From Sedimentisphaeraceae bacterium JB056 (GTDB taxonomy: Bacteria; Planctomycetota; Phycisphaerae; Sedimentisphaerales; Sedimentisphaeraceae), in the NCBI GenBank assembly GCA_044440125.1, contig JBITAJ010000022.1:352001-416000 (forward strand): a stretch of DNA of 64,000 bases. The letters run 5' to 3'. This document shows, piece by piece, positions 1 to 8,919 of the stretch; position 1 is the first letter of the stretch; the number at the start of each line of letters is the position of its first letter. Made by a program: the position numbers and the translations under genes. The notes below the pieces were generated by a model that saw nothing but the letters and a program-made list of their open reading frames with translations, did not search any database and was not told the origin of the DNA.

Positions 1-1403
1 GCAAGCTTTTCAACATAAGGCAAAAGCTCATGCAGTAGGCTCTCGTCTCCACTATATTCGTAATATTCTTTAAGCGTACAAATCAGGTGCATGCAAAAAT
101 CTACATGATAACACTTATTGCGCTTAGGACCGGTAGAATTGACCGAGCCATCCTCATTCTGGATAGCAAAGCATTGTCTCAAATTCTTAGCTACAAGCTC
201 ATAATCACCGTAATAATAATAGTTGATAGGAGCCATTGCCCGCATATCAAATATCCATAGTGCCTGTTCGCGCCATGGGCAATCTTCGTAATGATACGAT
301 GTATTCATACGCAAAGTATGCTTCGAAACATCTATTATCTCGTTGATCCTGTCATCCGAAGAGCTCGCACTTCCACTGTCATCATATGCGTACCAGGTGT
401 TATCGATAGATACCTTTTCAACCACAACTTCACCCTCAAGGGCGATGAAGTTTATCTTAAGATATCTGAACGCTCGCCTCTGAAACGCTTTCCAGATGCC
501 CCCCTGAGGTTTCCTGACACAGTCAAGCTTATAAAGATCAAGCGTCTCGCCATACCATATCTCATAAACCGCAAAAGCACCCTGAACCTCTATTTCCGGG
601 TAACCAACAGTCATATTGCCAAAATCAAAAGTTACTGAAGGCATTGCCCCGTATTGGCCCGGTTTTATAGTTATGTGCTGATCTTCATAATTCACTGGAA
701 AAGAGTTTGAATTGATCTCTACAATCGCTAAATTATTAGAAACATCAACTACTGAAACAGGTTTGATATTCTTAACTTTCAAAGGCGGCAGTTCAAGTTC
801 GACAAGCTCTTTAACATATTTCTCATCAACCGCATCAGCTCTTACGTAAGCCGACTCCCAATCGCTTCTGTCAAAAGTTACAGACTGCCAGTCGGTAACT
901 TTCTCGCCGTGATAACACTCGCTGTATCCTCCCCACAAACTTACGCGGGAAAAACCTGTGTATATTTCAGATGCTTTAACAAGCCATTTCTCATCAGTAA
1001 CGACTTTAGTCTGACTGTTTTGAGCACAAACCAATAAACCGCTCTTGCCATACTCAAAGCCCTGCACCGTACCGTTATCCTGCCATGGGTGGATAGCATC
1101 ACCATCATGATATAGCAGGACCGCAATAATATTTTTTCCGGTTCTAAATTTAGAAGCTTCAATCTCGATGCTGTCATAGTAATAATACCTTAGGTCGGAA
1201 ACAGCCGGCCCTCTTGTTATATATTCACCATTTACCCAAAGCATATACTGACTGACTGCGGTTATATCAATCGTCATATCCTCCGGTTTATCAAGCTCGA
1301 ATTCTCTGGCAAACTGCAAATAGAGATTTGTTCTCTCATCACAGCCTTCCATAGTAATCCATTTTGCTCCTGATTCTATCCACTTTTCATTGTTATTTTT
1401 CAT
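1..1403 (-). CDS. Alpha-L-rhamnosidase-like glycoside hydrolase (GH78 family), partial; runs off the left edge
   Basis: Absent from the ORF track because its stop lies outside the window. Manual translation from ATG at 1403 gives MKNNNEKWIESGAKWIT...FAREFEL...ITAVSQYMLWVNGEYITRGP (GH78 N-terminal pattern). Near 290-240 it reads YEDCPWREQALWIFDMR, matching the GH78 DCPxRE..W motif. Confidence 0.8.
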   Translation of the reverse strand, partial: MKNNNEKWIESGAKWITMEGCDERTNLYLQFAREFELDKPEDMTIDITAVSQYMLWVNGEYITRGPAVSDLRYYYYDSIEIEASKFRTGKNIIAVLLYHDGDAIHPWQDNGTVQGFEYGKSGLLVCAQNSQTKVVTDEKWLVKASEIYTGFSRVSLWGGYSECYHGEKVTDWQSVTFDRSDWESAYVRADAVDEKYVKELVELELPPLKVKNIKPVSVVDVSNNLAIVEINSNSFPVNYEDQHITIKPGQYGAMPSVTFDFGNMTVGYPEIEVQGAFAVYEIWYGETLDLYKLDCVRKPQGGIWKAFQRRAFRYLKINFIALEGEVVVEKVSIDNTWYAYDDSGSASSSDDRINEIIDVSKHTLRMNTSYHYEDCPWREQALWIFDMRAMAPINYYYYGDYELVAKNLRQCFAIQNEDGSVNSTGPKRNKCYHVDFCMHLICTLKEYYEYSGDESLLHELLPYVEKL

Positions 1404-1418
1404 ATAATTATCTCAAAC

Positions 1419-3413
1419 TCAGTTTTCTACTCGCCCGTCATCATTATCATCTTCTCGCACCTGATTAAGAGTTTTGAACAGTTCTTTAAGATCCTTAAAA
1501 CCGCCCCAGAGGAACCAGAAAACAGTAACCGAACCGACTATTGCCCATACAGATGTATCAAATACCCAGTATTTGCCCCAGAAATCCTCACCAGGAGAAA
1601 ACTTAAGAGCATATATGGTTACAATTATAAACAAACCAAACCAGAAGAAATTCCATATCACAATTCCATAAGCGACAAATCTGTCAAATTTAGAATATTC
1701 ATCATCAACGCAGGAAAGCTTTGCAAACCAGCTCTTTTTTTCCCTGCTAACGATCTGCTTTTCACCCTCGATTGCATACTTACCTCTATGAAGCATTTTA
1801 TCCATAGAGAATCCTTCCTTGGTTTTGGTCAGAAGAGAAACTACGATATAAACAAATATCGCACAGAAAGCTGAATAGCAGAACATTTCCATACCATTGA
1901 GCCAGAACTCTTCGGGCAGATTCTGCAACCAGGTAGTATTAGGATAAGAGGCCTTTATATTTGGAAGCATGAATGGCCAGAATATATTTAGCACAAGCAA
2001 TCCGACAACACTGAACAGCATACCGGTTATCATGGCACCCCATGCGCCTGCGGTAGTACCTCTTTTCCAATAGAGGCCGCCAATAATTACCGCTCCACCG
2101 CCGCCAACATAAATAGAGCCGGTTATCGCAAAATACATAAAAATGTATTCCTGTAACGGGAACAGCATACTCCAGAACCACACAAAAACAGCCACGCCTA
2201 TAATAGAACGGCGAAGCCATTTCATATGAGTCTCTTTGTCAAGCGGCTCCTTTCTGAGAGGCATGATGACATCCTGCACCAGAATGCTTCCCCATGAATG
2301 AAGACAAGTATCATCGGTAGATATAGCCGCCGCGATTATAGCGCCTACAAACAAACCGAGACAGCCCACCGGCAGCATCTGTTTCAAAATAAACGGTACA
2401 AGAAGCTGCTTATCTGCTCCTGCTTCCTGAAGTGAATCAATCGAAGCTTTTACAATATCAGCCTGAGAGGCAAAAAGCGGGTTATGCATAAAATAGTACG
2501 CGAATATCGGTATCAGGGCCAATACTGCCCATGTGGCGCCATAACGCCACATACCCAGGACGCTTGCCATTTTAGCCTCGTGAGGGGTTCGTGCCGAACA
2601 GTTATAACCCTGATTTCCCTGCCATGCCTTCCAGGAATAAACCTGATTAAAGGCGGCAAGAACAAAAAACCACATATTAAAGTCCTTAACACCGCCCTGT
2701 GCGAATGGATTCAATTTGGACTGATCTTCCGGAGCCTGCTTCAGAACCTCAACAACGTCACTTATTCCAAACTTATATACAAGCACTACAAGTAAAATCA
2801 AAAACACTACATTTACATATTGTGCCTGAAAAAAATCTGTAACCATAATCGCTATCTGGCCGCCCTTAAATGTTATCGTAAGAGCAACAACAAGAAGAAT
2901 AGCCATTACTACACCAAGTGTAGCATTGAGAGTTAATGGACCCACTTTGAATATATAGACGGGCAAATCACAGAAATATATAAGAAATCTTGCAGTAATC
3001 GCCGGAAATATACCATAGTTCACAACACCGGCAATATAAGAGAGAATACCGGCAAATATCCTAAACCGGCGACTATATCTCATTTCCATAAACTGAGCCA
3101 TTGTCATTGCTCTGGTCTGTCTGTAGCGATATATAACGAAACCGCTAATGCTGACAAACATCATTACGATCGCCTGCATTCTGCCCCAATAACTTGCGGG
3201 AAAACCCGATTCATAATACTGCTGAAAGGTGGCAACAAAACCTATCGCTCCCAGAGCCGCCATTCCGTCAGCAAGTGTAAGAAGATATCTTCCCGCACAG
3301 CGATCGGCAGCCAAAAAGCCAGAGACACCTTTTACGTACCTCTGAGTTTTGATACCGATCATAGCCAGAGCTATAAAAATACTTGCAACAATGAGCCAAT
3401 CTATCAAATGCAT
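1419..3413 (-). CDS. Sodium:solute symporter (SSS family), probably a sugar transporter
   Basis: 664 aa with many TM segments. SSS-like motifs FLAADR, TMAQFMEMRYS and AAAISTDD. Confidence 0.9.
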   Translation of the reverse strand: MHLIDWLIVASIFIALAMIGIKTQRYVKGVSGFLAADRCAGRYLLTLADGMAALGAIGFVATFQQYYESGFPASYWGRMQAIVMMFVSISGFVIYRYRQTRAMTMAQFMEMRYSRRFRIFAGILSYIAGVVNYGIFPAITARFLIYFCDLPVYIFKVGPLTLNATLGVVMAILLVVALTITFKGGQIAIMVTDFFQAQYVNVVFLILLVVLVYKFGISDVVEVLKQAPEDQSKLNPFAQGGVKDFNMWFFVLAAFNQVYSWKAWQGNQGYNCSARTPHEAKMASVLGMWRYGATWAVLALIPIFAYYFMHNPLFASQADIVKASIDSLQEAGADKQLLVPFILKQMLPVGCLGLFVGAIIAAAISTDDTCLHSWGSILVQDVIMPLRKEPLDKETHMKWLRRSIIGVAVFVWFWSMLFPLQEYIFMYFAITGSIYVGGGGAVIIGGLYWKRGTTAGAWGAMITGMLFSVVGLLVLNIFWPFMLPNIKASYPNTTWLQNLPEEFWLNGMEMFCYSAFCAIFVYIVVSLLTKTKEGFSMDKMLHRGKYAIEGEKQIVSREKKSWFAKLSCVDDEYSKFDRFVAYGIVIWNFFWFGLFIIVTIYALKFSPGEDFWGKYWVFDTSVWAIVGSVTVFWFLWGGFKDLKELFKTLNQVREDDNDDGRVEN

Positions 3414-3440
3414 GTCATAACCTTAATACAAAGAGGTTTG

Positions 3441-6400
3441 TCAATATGTAGTTCTTATAAAGAGTTCTAAGTGTCCATTTTGAGCACCGGCACTATCATC
3501 AATACCAGCTTTTCCACGAAGTCTGGTGAACCTTCCTCCAAGCTCGAACTCTATTTTCGAGGGACTCTTCATTCCAATTCCTTTATCATATATCTTGCCA
3601 CCTAAAGTAAGCGGCTTGAAATGATTTTCACCGTCTCCGCCGACTCTCGTGTTTATACCAAGCCGTGAATGATCGTGAGACACTTTCGATGGTTTCATAT
3701 CGGAAAGATAATGTTCATTACCATCATTATCAACAAGAATCATATCAACCCAATCAGCGTAATCATACCACGGCAAATTATCGCTTTGAGATACTATAAG
3801 AGTAATCTTTTGAACACCGGAAACATCAATATCAATATCTTTTTCAGTTCCGCCGCCTTCAAGTAAGCCGCTCTTGAAAATATATTCCACTGAATCATAC
3901 TGATAGCGAACTGTTGGAATTACTGAGTAACCATTTTTGTCAAAGACCTTCGCTTTAACAGTGAGTGAATTGTCAATAGAAAATGGCTTTCTGTATATCT
4001 TACTGTCCATTGTTGGTTCGCTTCCATCAATCGTATATCTCAATACCACATCCTCATTGAGGACAGAGATGTTAACCTTTTGCGATTTTTCAAGGTTTTC
4101 AATCTGCGGTAATATAAAAGGTTTAGTTTCAGGCACATTAAGTAACAACGCAAACTGCTGAGTTATCTTCTCTGAACCAAAATCAAGTTTACCGTTACTA
4201 TCCTTTACAATCACCTCGCTGATAAGATCACCTGTTTCATTAATAGAGAACAGTCTGTAACCATCATAAAGATTATTCAGTGAAATTTCATTTATATCTA
4301 ATTTAAAATCTGATGCATCTCTCAGTATAATATGCCAACGATCCAGTGAATAGTTAAATACAGTTGCTGTACCACAAACACTTACCGGACCAACAGAAGA
4401 TGTCTTATCACTTTCAATACGATAGAAATCATCTGCTGCGATCTTAGTAACAACATGACCATCAACCATCTGACGACTCTGACAAAGCCCGGGACCTTCC
4501 ACATAAAAGCCTTCTGGTGCTATATTCAACAGCTTACCGTCAAACTTGTATTGTTTCTCTTTTTTACCAAAATTAACAATAGTCGTAAATCCTGAATCGA
4601 ATTTACACATTTGAAGTTCTTTGTCATCGCTCAGGAACTTATGATCGAGCAATTGATCAAAAGCAAGCTTCTCATTGAGACGACAAGTTTCATAATAAGA
4701 CTTCAGGAATCTGGAACGGTTTTTAGCCCAATCGTAATCAACTTCATCTCTCCAGAAAAGAGGAACTGTACCATAGAGAATATTTGAAAGGTCTTTGCGT
4801 GTAGCAAATTCAGGATTCGCCTCATAAAGAAATCCTTGTGTATCCCCCCAATACCATGTACTTACCACACAATCATGGTAAACAAGCTGCCACAGAGGAA
4901 TGCTGTTTGTAAAACCAAGACCGTATTTGATATAATCTGGGTTTATCTGATCCATACTCTTAGGACGCTGAAGGTTTCCGGCATCCCAACCGCCCTTCCA
5001 CCATAATGGGCCGCCTGCAGAACCTTCTGAATAATCGATAAGATCGACCGCCCAGTCATTACCATGCTCTGTTCCCAAAACAAGACCAAACTTATTGTAA
5101 TATTCAAAAAATTCTCTGCGATACTGCATATCCTGACGCCTGTCAAATTTATGCATAGGATGATAATCTTCAAAGAGATCGATAGCCGCTGAAACATCAA
5201 GAAAGCCGCCGTTAAATCCGTATTTGTATATCTGCTTAGGCAGATACACCTTTGCTGCATTCATAGCTGTTACAGAAGAACGTGAATAATACTGTGTACC
5301 GTCAGGCATAACCCAACCTGTAGCCGGCCCCATATCAGGACGTCTGTAATACGAAGATTTTTCGATATCACCTGTCAGCTGACTTTCCTCACCGGGAAGA
5401 ATATCAGAAACATTACCATATTCGTTGGTTATATAACCAAGATTATTTATCTTCTGAAGGCTTCCGGTCTCACTTAATCCATGATGAGAATTCGATATAA
5501 CACCCTTGCGGATACCATATGTTCTGGCTTGACTTACAAATGTCCAAGCATCTGTAGCACCCCATATAAATGGTGCTCCTCTTAATTTTTCGAGATTAGG
5601 CTTATACTGTGCTTTTTGTTCAAGAGTAACCAGTTTACCTTCACCCGCTGCAATATCACGGTATTTCTTAGCTAAAGCAACATAGCCGCCTTTAGACGAA
5701 AAGTAATATGCCATCTTTCTTGGATATCGGAAACTGTCAAGAGATTCCCACCAAAAAATCTGCGGCCATCTCTTGCCTTTATCATCCTTTTCAAGATTTA
5801 TGAATGCATCACATGGCGTTTTTGCAAGAACCATAAGGCCTTCACCTGTATTCTCGTCAACAACACCGACCCACGGCATATCAAGACTCAGATTTCCATA
5901 AACAAGCATATTCTGCCAATCAGGATAATCATCACTCTGATCAAGATACATGCCGCTTGATCTGTTACAGAATATAAGCTTACCCGTCTCAAAATCAGAA
6001 TAAAATTTAGGCGGAAAATTAGAATATGTGCTAAAACGCTTTGAATAGTTATCCGAAAGAAGATCAAACTCTATAAATCCGCCATCTTTCAGAGTCATAA
6101 CGCCTTCAAATGTAGATTTGGCGGCATTATCCCACAATGAAAAGGTTATCGAATTATTACCCTTTTTTGCAACATCTGTTATAAAATTACGATTCTCTGA
6201 AAAATCAGCAAACCATTTCCTTGAAGTGCGTTTATCTTGAACTGTAATTTTATATTTTGCGGCATCAAATTCAAGATCAAGAAGCTCATTTGATAACTTT
6301 ATTACTTCAGTAGAAATTTCCTTTGCGGCTTTCTTCTTTTCCACAGGAACTTCATCTTTGATGTATCTTATGTAATCAATTTCAATCTCACCCTGCTGCC

Positions 6401-6869
6401 AACCAGGATCAAATCTAACCTGCTTTAACTTTCCGTAAAGTGAAAGGGGTATTTTATAAGTATGCCACTGCCAGTCATGCTTGAGATATACATGGTTAAG
6501 TCTGCTTTGAGACCAATTCTCGTCCTCGTTAGACTGCCAGAAAACTTCTGCCTGACCGAACATGCCTTTACCTGATCTCATTTTGACTTCAAATATCAAA
6601 GGACCGTCTATATCAACTTGCGGCAAAACCAGTTGAAATTCTCCTGGCAGTACTTTCACCTTAAGCATTCCGTTTTCGACTTCTGTTTCACAAGCCTCAC
6701 TGTAGGCAAGTTTAAAATCAGGATCATCAAAATCTATTTGCTCAAGAATAGTATCTCCCATTACATAAGAAATATTAGTTAAAAGGAATAGTATAAACAA
6801 ACTAACAATGCCGAACCCTGTTTTTTCACTTAAGCAAATTTTCAATTTAAGTCCCTTTCGAAAATCCAA
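3441..6869 (-). CDS. Secreted multidomain glycoside hydrolase: N-terminal CBM-like domain, GH129/GH101-related catalytic domain, chitobiase/Fn3-associated domain, NPCBM-like domain
   Basis: Hydrophobic N-terminus. Catalytic-region motifs YVALAKKYR...KLVTLEQK, FLDV, GTEHG and IPLWQLVYHDC. RYTIDGSEPT marks a CHB_HEX_C-like domain. YLSD...LTLGGKIYDKGIG marks NPCBM. Confidence 0.7.
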   Translation of the reverse strand: MDFRKGLKLKICLSEKTGFGIVSLFILFLLTNISYVMGDTILEQIDFDDPDFKLAYSEACETEVENGMLKVKVLPGEFQLVLPQVDIDGPLIFEVKMRSGKGMFGQAEVFWQSNEDENWSQSRLNHVYLKHDWQWHTYKIPLSLYGKLKQVRFDPGWQQGEIEIDYIRYIKDEVPVEKKKAAKEISTEVIKLSNELLDLEFDAAKYKITVQDKRTSRKWFADFSENRNFITDVAKKGNNSITFSLWDNAAKSTFEGVMTLKDGGFIEFDLLSDNYSKRFSTYSNFPPKFYSDFETGKLIFCNRSSGMYLDQSDDYPDWQNMLVYGNLSLDMPWVGVVDENTGEGLMVLAKTPCDAFINLEKDDKGKRWPQIFWWESLDSFRYPRKMAYYFSSKGGYVALAKKYRDIAAGEGKLVTLEQKAQYKPNLEKLRGAPFIWGATDAWTFVSQARTYGIRKGVISNSHHGLSETGSLQKINNLGYITNEYGNVSDILPGEESQLTGDIEKSSYYRRPDMGPATGWVMPDGTQYYSRSSVTAMNAAKVYLPKQIYKYGFNGGFLDVSAAIDLFEDYHPMHKFDRRQDMQYRREFFEYYNKFGLVLGTEHGNDWAVDLIDYSEGSAGGPLWWKGGWDAGNLQRPKSMDQINPDYIKYGLGFTNSIPLWQLVYHDCVVSTWYWGDTQGFLYEANPEFATRKDLSNILYGTVPLFWRDEVDYDWAKNRSRFLKSYYETCRLNEKLAFDQLLDHKFLSDDKELQMCKFDSGFTTIVNFGKKEKQYKFDGKLLNIAPEGFYVEGPGLCQSRQMVDGHVVTKIAADDFYRIESDKTSSVGPVSVCGTATVFNYSLDRWHIILRDASDFKLDINEISLNNLYDGYRLFSINETGDLISEVIVKDSNGKLDFGSEKITQQFALLLNVPETKPFILPQIENLEKSQKVNISVLNEDVVLRYTIDGSEPTMDSKIYRKPFSIDNSLTVKAKVFDKNGYSVIPTVRYQYDSVEYIFKSGLLEGGGTEKDIDIDVSGVQKITLIVSQSDNLPWYDYADWVDMILVDNDGNEHYLSDMKPSKVSHDHSRLGINTRVGGDGENHFKPLTLGGKIYDKGIGMKSPSKIEFELGGRFTRLRGKAGIDDSAGAQNGHLELFIRTTY

Positions 6870-6930
6870 GTATTTTGATTATGTAATACAACTATATTGA
6901 ATTCGAATCATTAAATTCGAATTTCTTTTC

Positions 6931-7842
6931 TTATTTAAATGGAGCTTTTGACTTTTTAGCTTTTGTATCACACCATGATGTCACCCATATTGGACCATCG
7001 TAAGCGTGATAAAGGCTTCCTGCATTCTTTTTGTGTTTGGCCCATGCAACATGGCCGTCTATATACCCCCAGTTACCGCCTGATTTATGCTGATCGCTAA
7101 CTGTTGCTTTTGAGCCATCGCCTGCGGTTTTGGTATACCCTATAACTGAAGGTGGAACCCATATACCGTTCCAGTAATTTGAACCTTGTATACAACCAGT
7201 CTGCATGTATGCCTGATTGCCGCCGGTAGCTCCCGACTGATTGTAAAGATTTGAGTGATTCTCATCATTTGAACCCACAAAATGATCATACATCCATAAT
7301 GTCTTTGCCGGTTCATATACCTGTGAATATTTTGCACTTCTATCACTAAAATCAGAACTGCTGGTTCTCACTGACCACCATCCCCTGCCGTCAACATAAA
7401 TATTTTCAAGGGCACCGTTGAGCATGTATGATCGAGGTAAAGTCTTTCCTGAAGTATATTTTTCGAATCTCGCGGCATCGGCAGGCGGGAATTCTCCCCT
7501 ACTTTTTTTATCTGCAGGACAAACAACATTATCCTGTTCACTGTCACCAACATCGGTGCTGAAATATGGTCTTAGAGCTATATCCCAGGGAAGTCCATTA
7601 GGAACCTGATTGGGGACTACAGGTGCAAATTCAGGGTCATAAAGTTTTGGTACAGCACAATCATCATTTTCCATTGCGTACATAACAAGAGCATTGAGAT
7701 TATTTTTGATATGAGTACCGCAAACAACAGCTTTGCCATGCTCACGCACTTTTGCCAAGGCAGGCATTAAGATACTCATAAGTACTGCTATTATAGAAAT
7801 AACAACCAGAAGTTCTATTAGCGTAAACCCTCTTTTCTTCAT
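6931..7842 (-). CDS. Prepilin-type N-terminal cleavage/methylation protein with H-X9-DG motif (DUF1559-like)
   Basis: MKKRG/FTLIELLVVISII class III signal. C-terminal HKSGGNWGYIDG is H-X9-DG. Confidence 0.9.
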   Translation of the reverse strand: MKKRGFTLIELLVVISIIAVLMSILMPALAKVREHGKAVVCGTHIKNNLNALVMYAMENDDCAVPKLYDPEFAPVVPNQVPNGLPWDIALRPYFSTDVGDSEQDNVVCPADKKSRGEFPPADAARFEKYTSGKTLPRSYMLNGALENIYVDGRGWWSVRTSSSDFSDRSAKYSQVYEPAKTLWMYDHFVGSNDENHSNLYNQSGATGGNQAYMQTGCIQGSNYWNGIWVPPSVIGYTKTAGDGSKATVSDQHKSGGNWGYIDGHVAWAKHKKNAGSLYHAYDGPIWVTSWCDTKAKKSKAPFK

Positions 7843-7985
7843 TACAGCTCCTTATTCAACATCAATCTCTTAGCCTCAATTCGGATCATATCCAAGCATG
7901 TTTTTGATTTTTCCTAAAAAAAGCTTCCTACCCACACTATTATATGCAGGCAGAAAGCATAAACAAAGCTTTTACACAAATTATT

Positions 7986-8849
7986 TTATCTTGCCGCAGA
8001 TTTCTTAGTTTTTGTATCAGCCCAGGAAACTGCCCACTCTACGCCGGCCTCACCGCCGTATTTATAAGTGTAATTATTTTCCTGCGTCTTATTGTGCTTG
8101 AGATATTCTACATGAGCATCAATAAAGCCCCAGTTTCCACCAGTGGGATGCTGATCGCTTACTGTAGCAACCGTACCATTATTGAAATAGGTATTCCATC
8201 CAACGACAGAAGGCGGACCCCATATTCCACTCCAATAGTTTGAACCCTGTACACAACCGATTTGTGTAAAGGAACCCTGTGGAATATTCTTATGATTGTC
8301 ATCGTTAGCACCGATAAAATGATCATAAAGCCATAGAGTTTTAGCCGGTTCATAGACTTTTGAGTATTTTGCAGCCGAATTAGTGCCGTCAGACCACCAT
8401 GTAGCTACGCCTTGACCATTATTATCCAAATTCTCAAGAGCTCCATTAAGCATATAAGAACGCGGCAGTATCTCACCACCAGTATAGTCTTCAAAAAGCT
8501 GCTTATCTGAGCCCGAGAGATCATTTATAGTACCACGTTTTTTTCTATCAGCCGGACAAACAACATAGTCCTGCTCGCTGTCTGAAATATCTGTGCCGAA
8601 ATAAGGACGAAGAGCAACATCCCATGGCATGATGATATTACTTTCATAGAGGCGAGGAACTGTAGTATCCTTATTATCCATAGCATACATAGTCAATGCA
8701 TTAAGATTATTCTTTACATTTGTTCCACAAACAACTGCTTTGCCCTGCTCACGAACCTTACTGAGAGCGGGCATCAATATACTCATCAATACGGCAATAA
8801 TTGATATCACCACAAGTAATTCAATTAGTGTAAAAGCTTTTTTCTTCAT
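7986..8849 (-). CDS. Prepilin-type N-terminal cleavage/methylation protein (DUF1559-like), paralogue of 6931-7842
   Basis: MKKKA/FTLIELLVV after a GAGAGG RBS (start moved from 8867). HPTGGNWGFIDA is an H-X9-DA variant. Confidence 0.9.
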   Translation of the reverse strand: MKKKAFTLIELLVVISIIAVLMSILMPALSKVREQGKAVVCGTNVKNNLNALTMYAMDNKDTTVPRLYESNIIMPWDVALRPYFGTDISDSEQDYVVCPADRKKRGTINDLSGSDKQLFEDYTGGEILPRSYMLNGALENLDNNGQGVATWWSDGTNSAAKYSKVYEPAKTLWLYDHFIGANDDNHKNIPQGSFTQIGCVQGSNYWSGIWGPPSVVGWNTYFNNGTVATVSDQHPTGGNWGFIDAHVEYLKHNKTQENNYTYKYGGEAGVEWAVSWADTKTKKSAAR

Positions 8850-8885
8850 ATTATTATTTCCTCTCAAAAAGGAGTATCATAATCC

Positions 8886-8907
8886 GGGCCCTGTGATTTC
8901 AGGGCCC
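8886..8907 (-). other. GC-rich intergenic hairpin (mRNA-stabilising element or partial terminator)
   Basis: GGGCCCTG-TGATTT-CAGGGCCC, a perfect 8-bp stem just after the stop of 8920-10575. No immediate U-tract on the minus strand. Confidence 0.55.
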
Positions 8908-8919
8908 AGTTATTACATC

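Noticed and set aside
291..1177. Track ORFs 291-638 (+) and 941-1177 (-)
   Set aside because: Both lie within the real minus-strand GH78-like gene 1-1403 and have no recognisable motifs.
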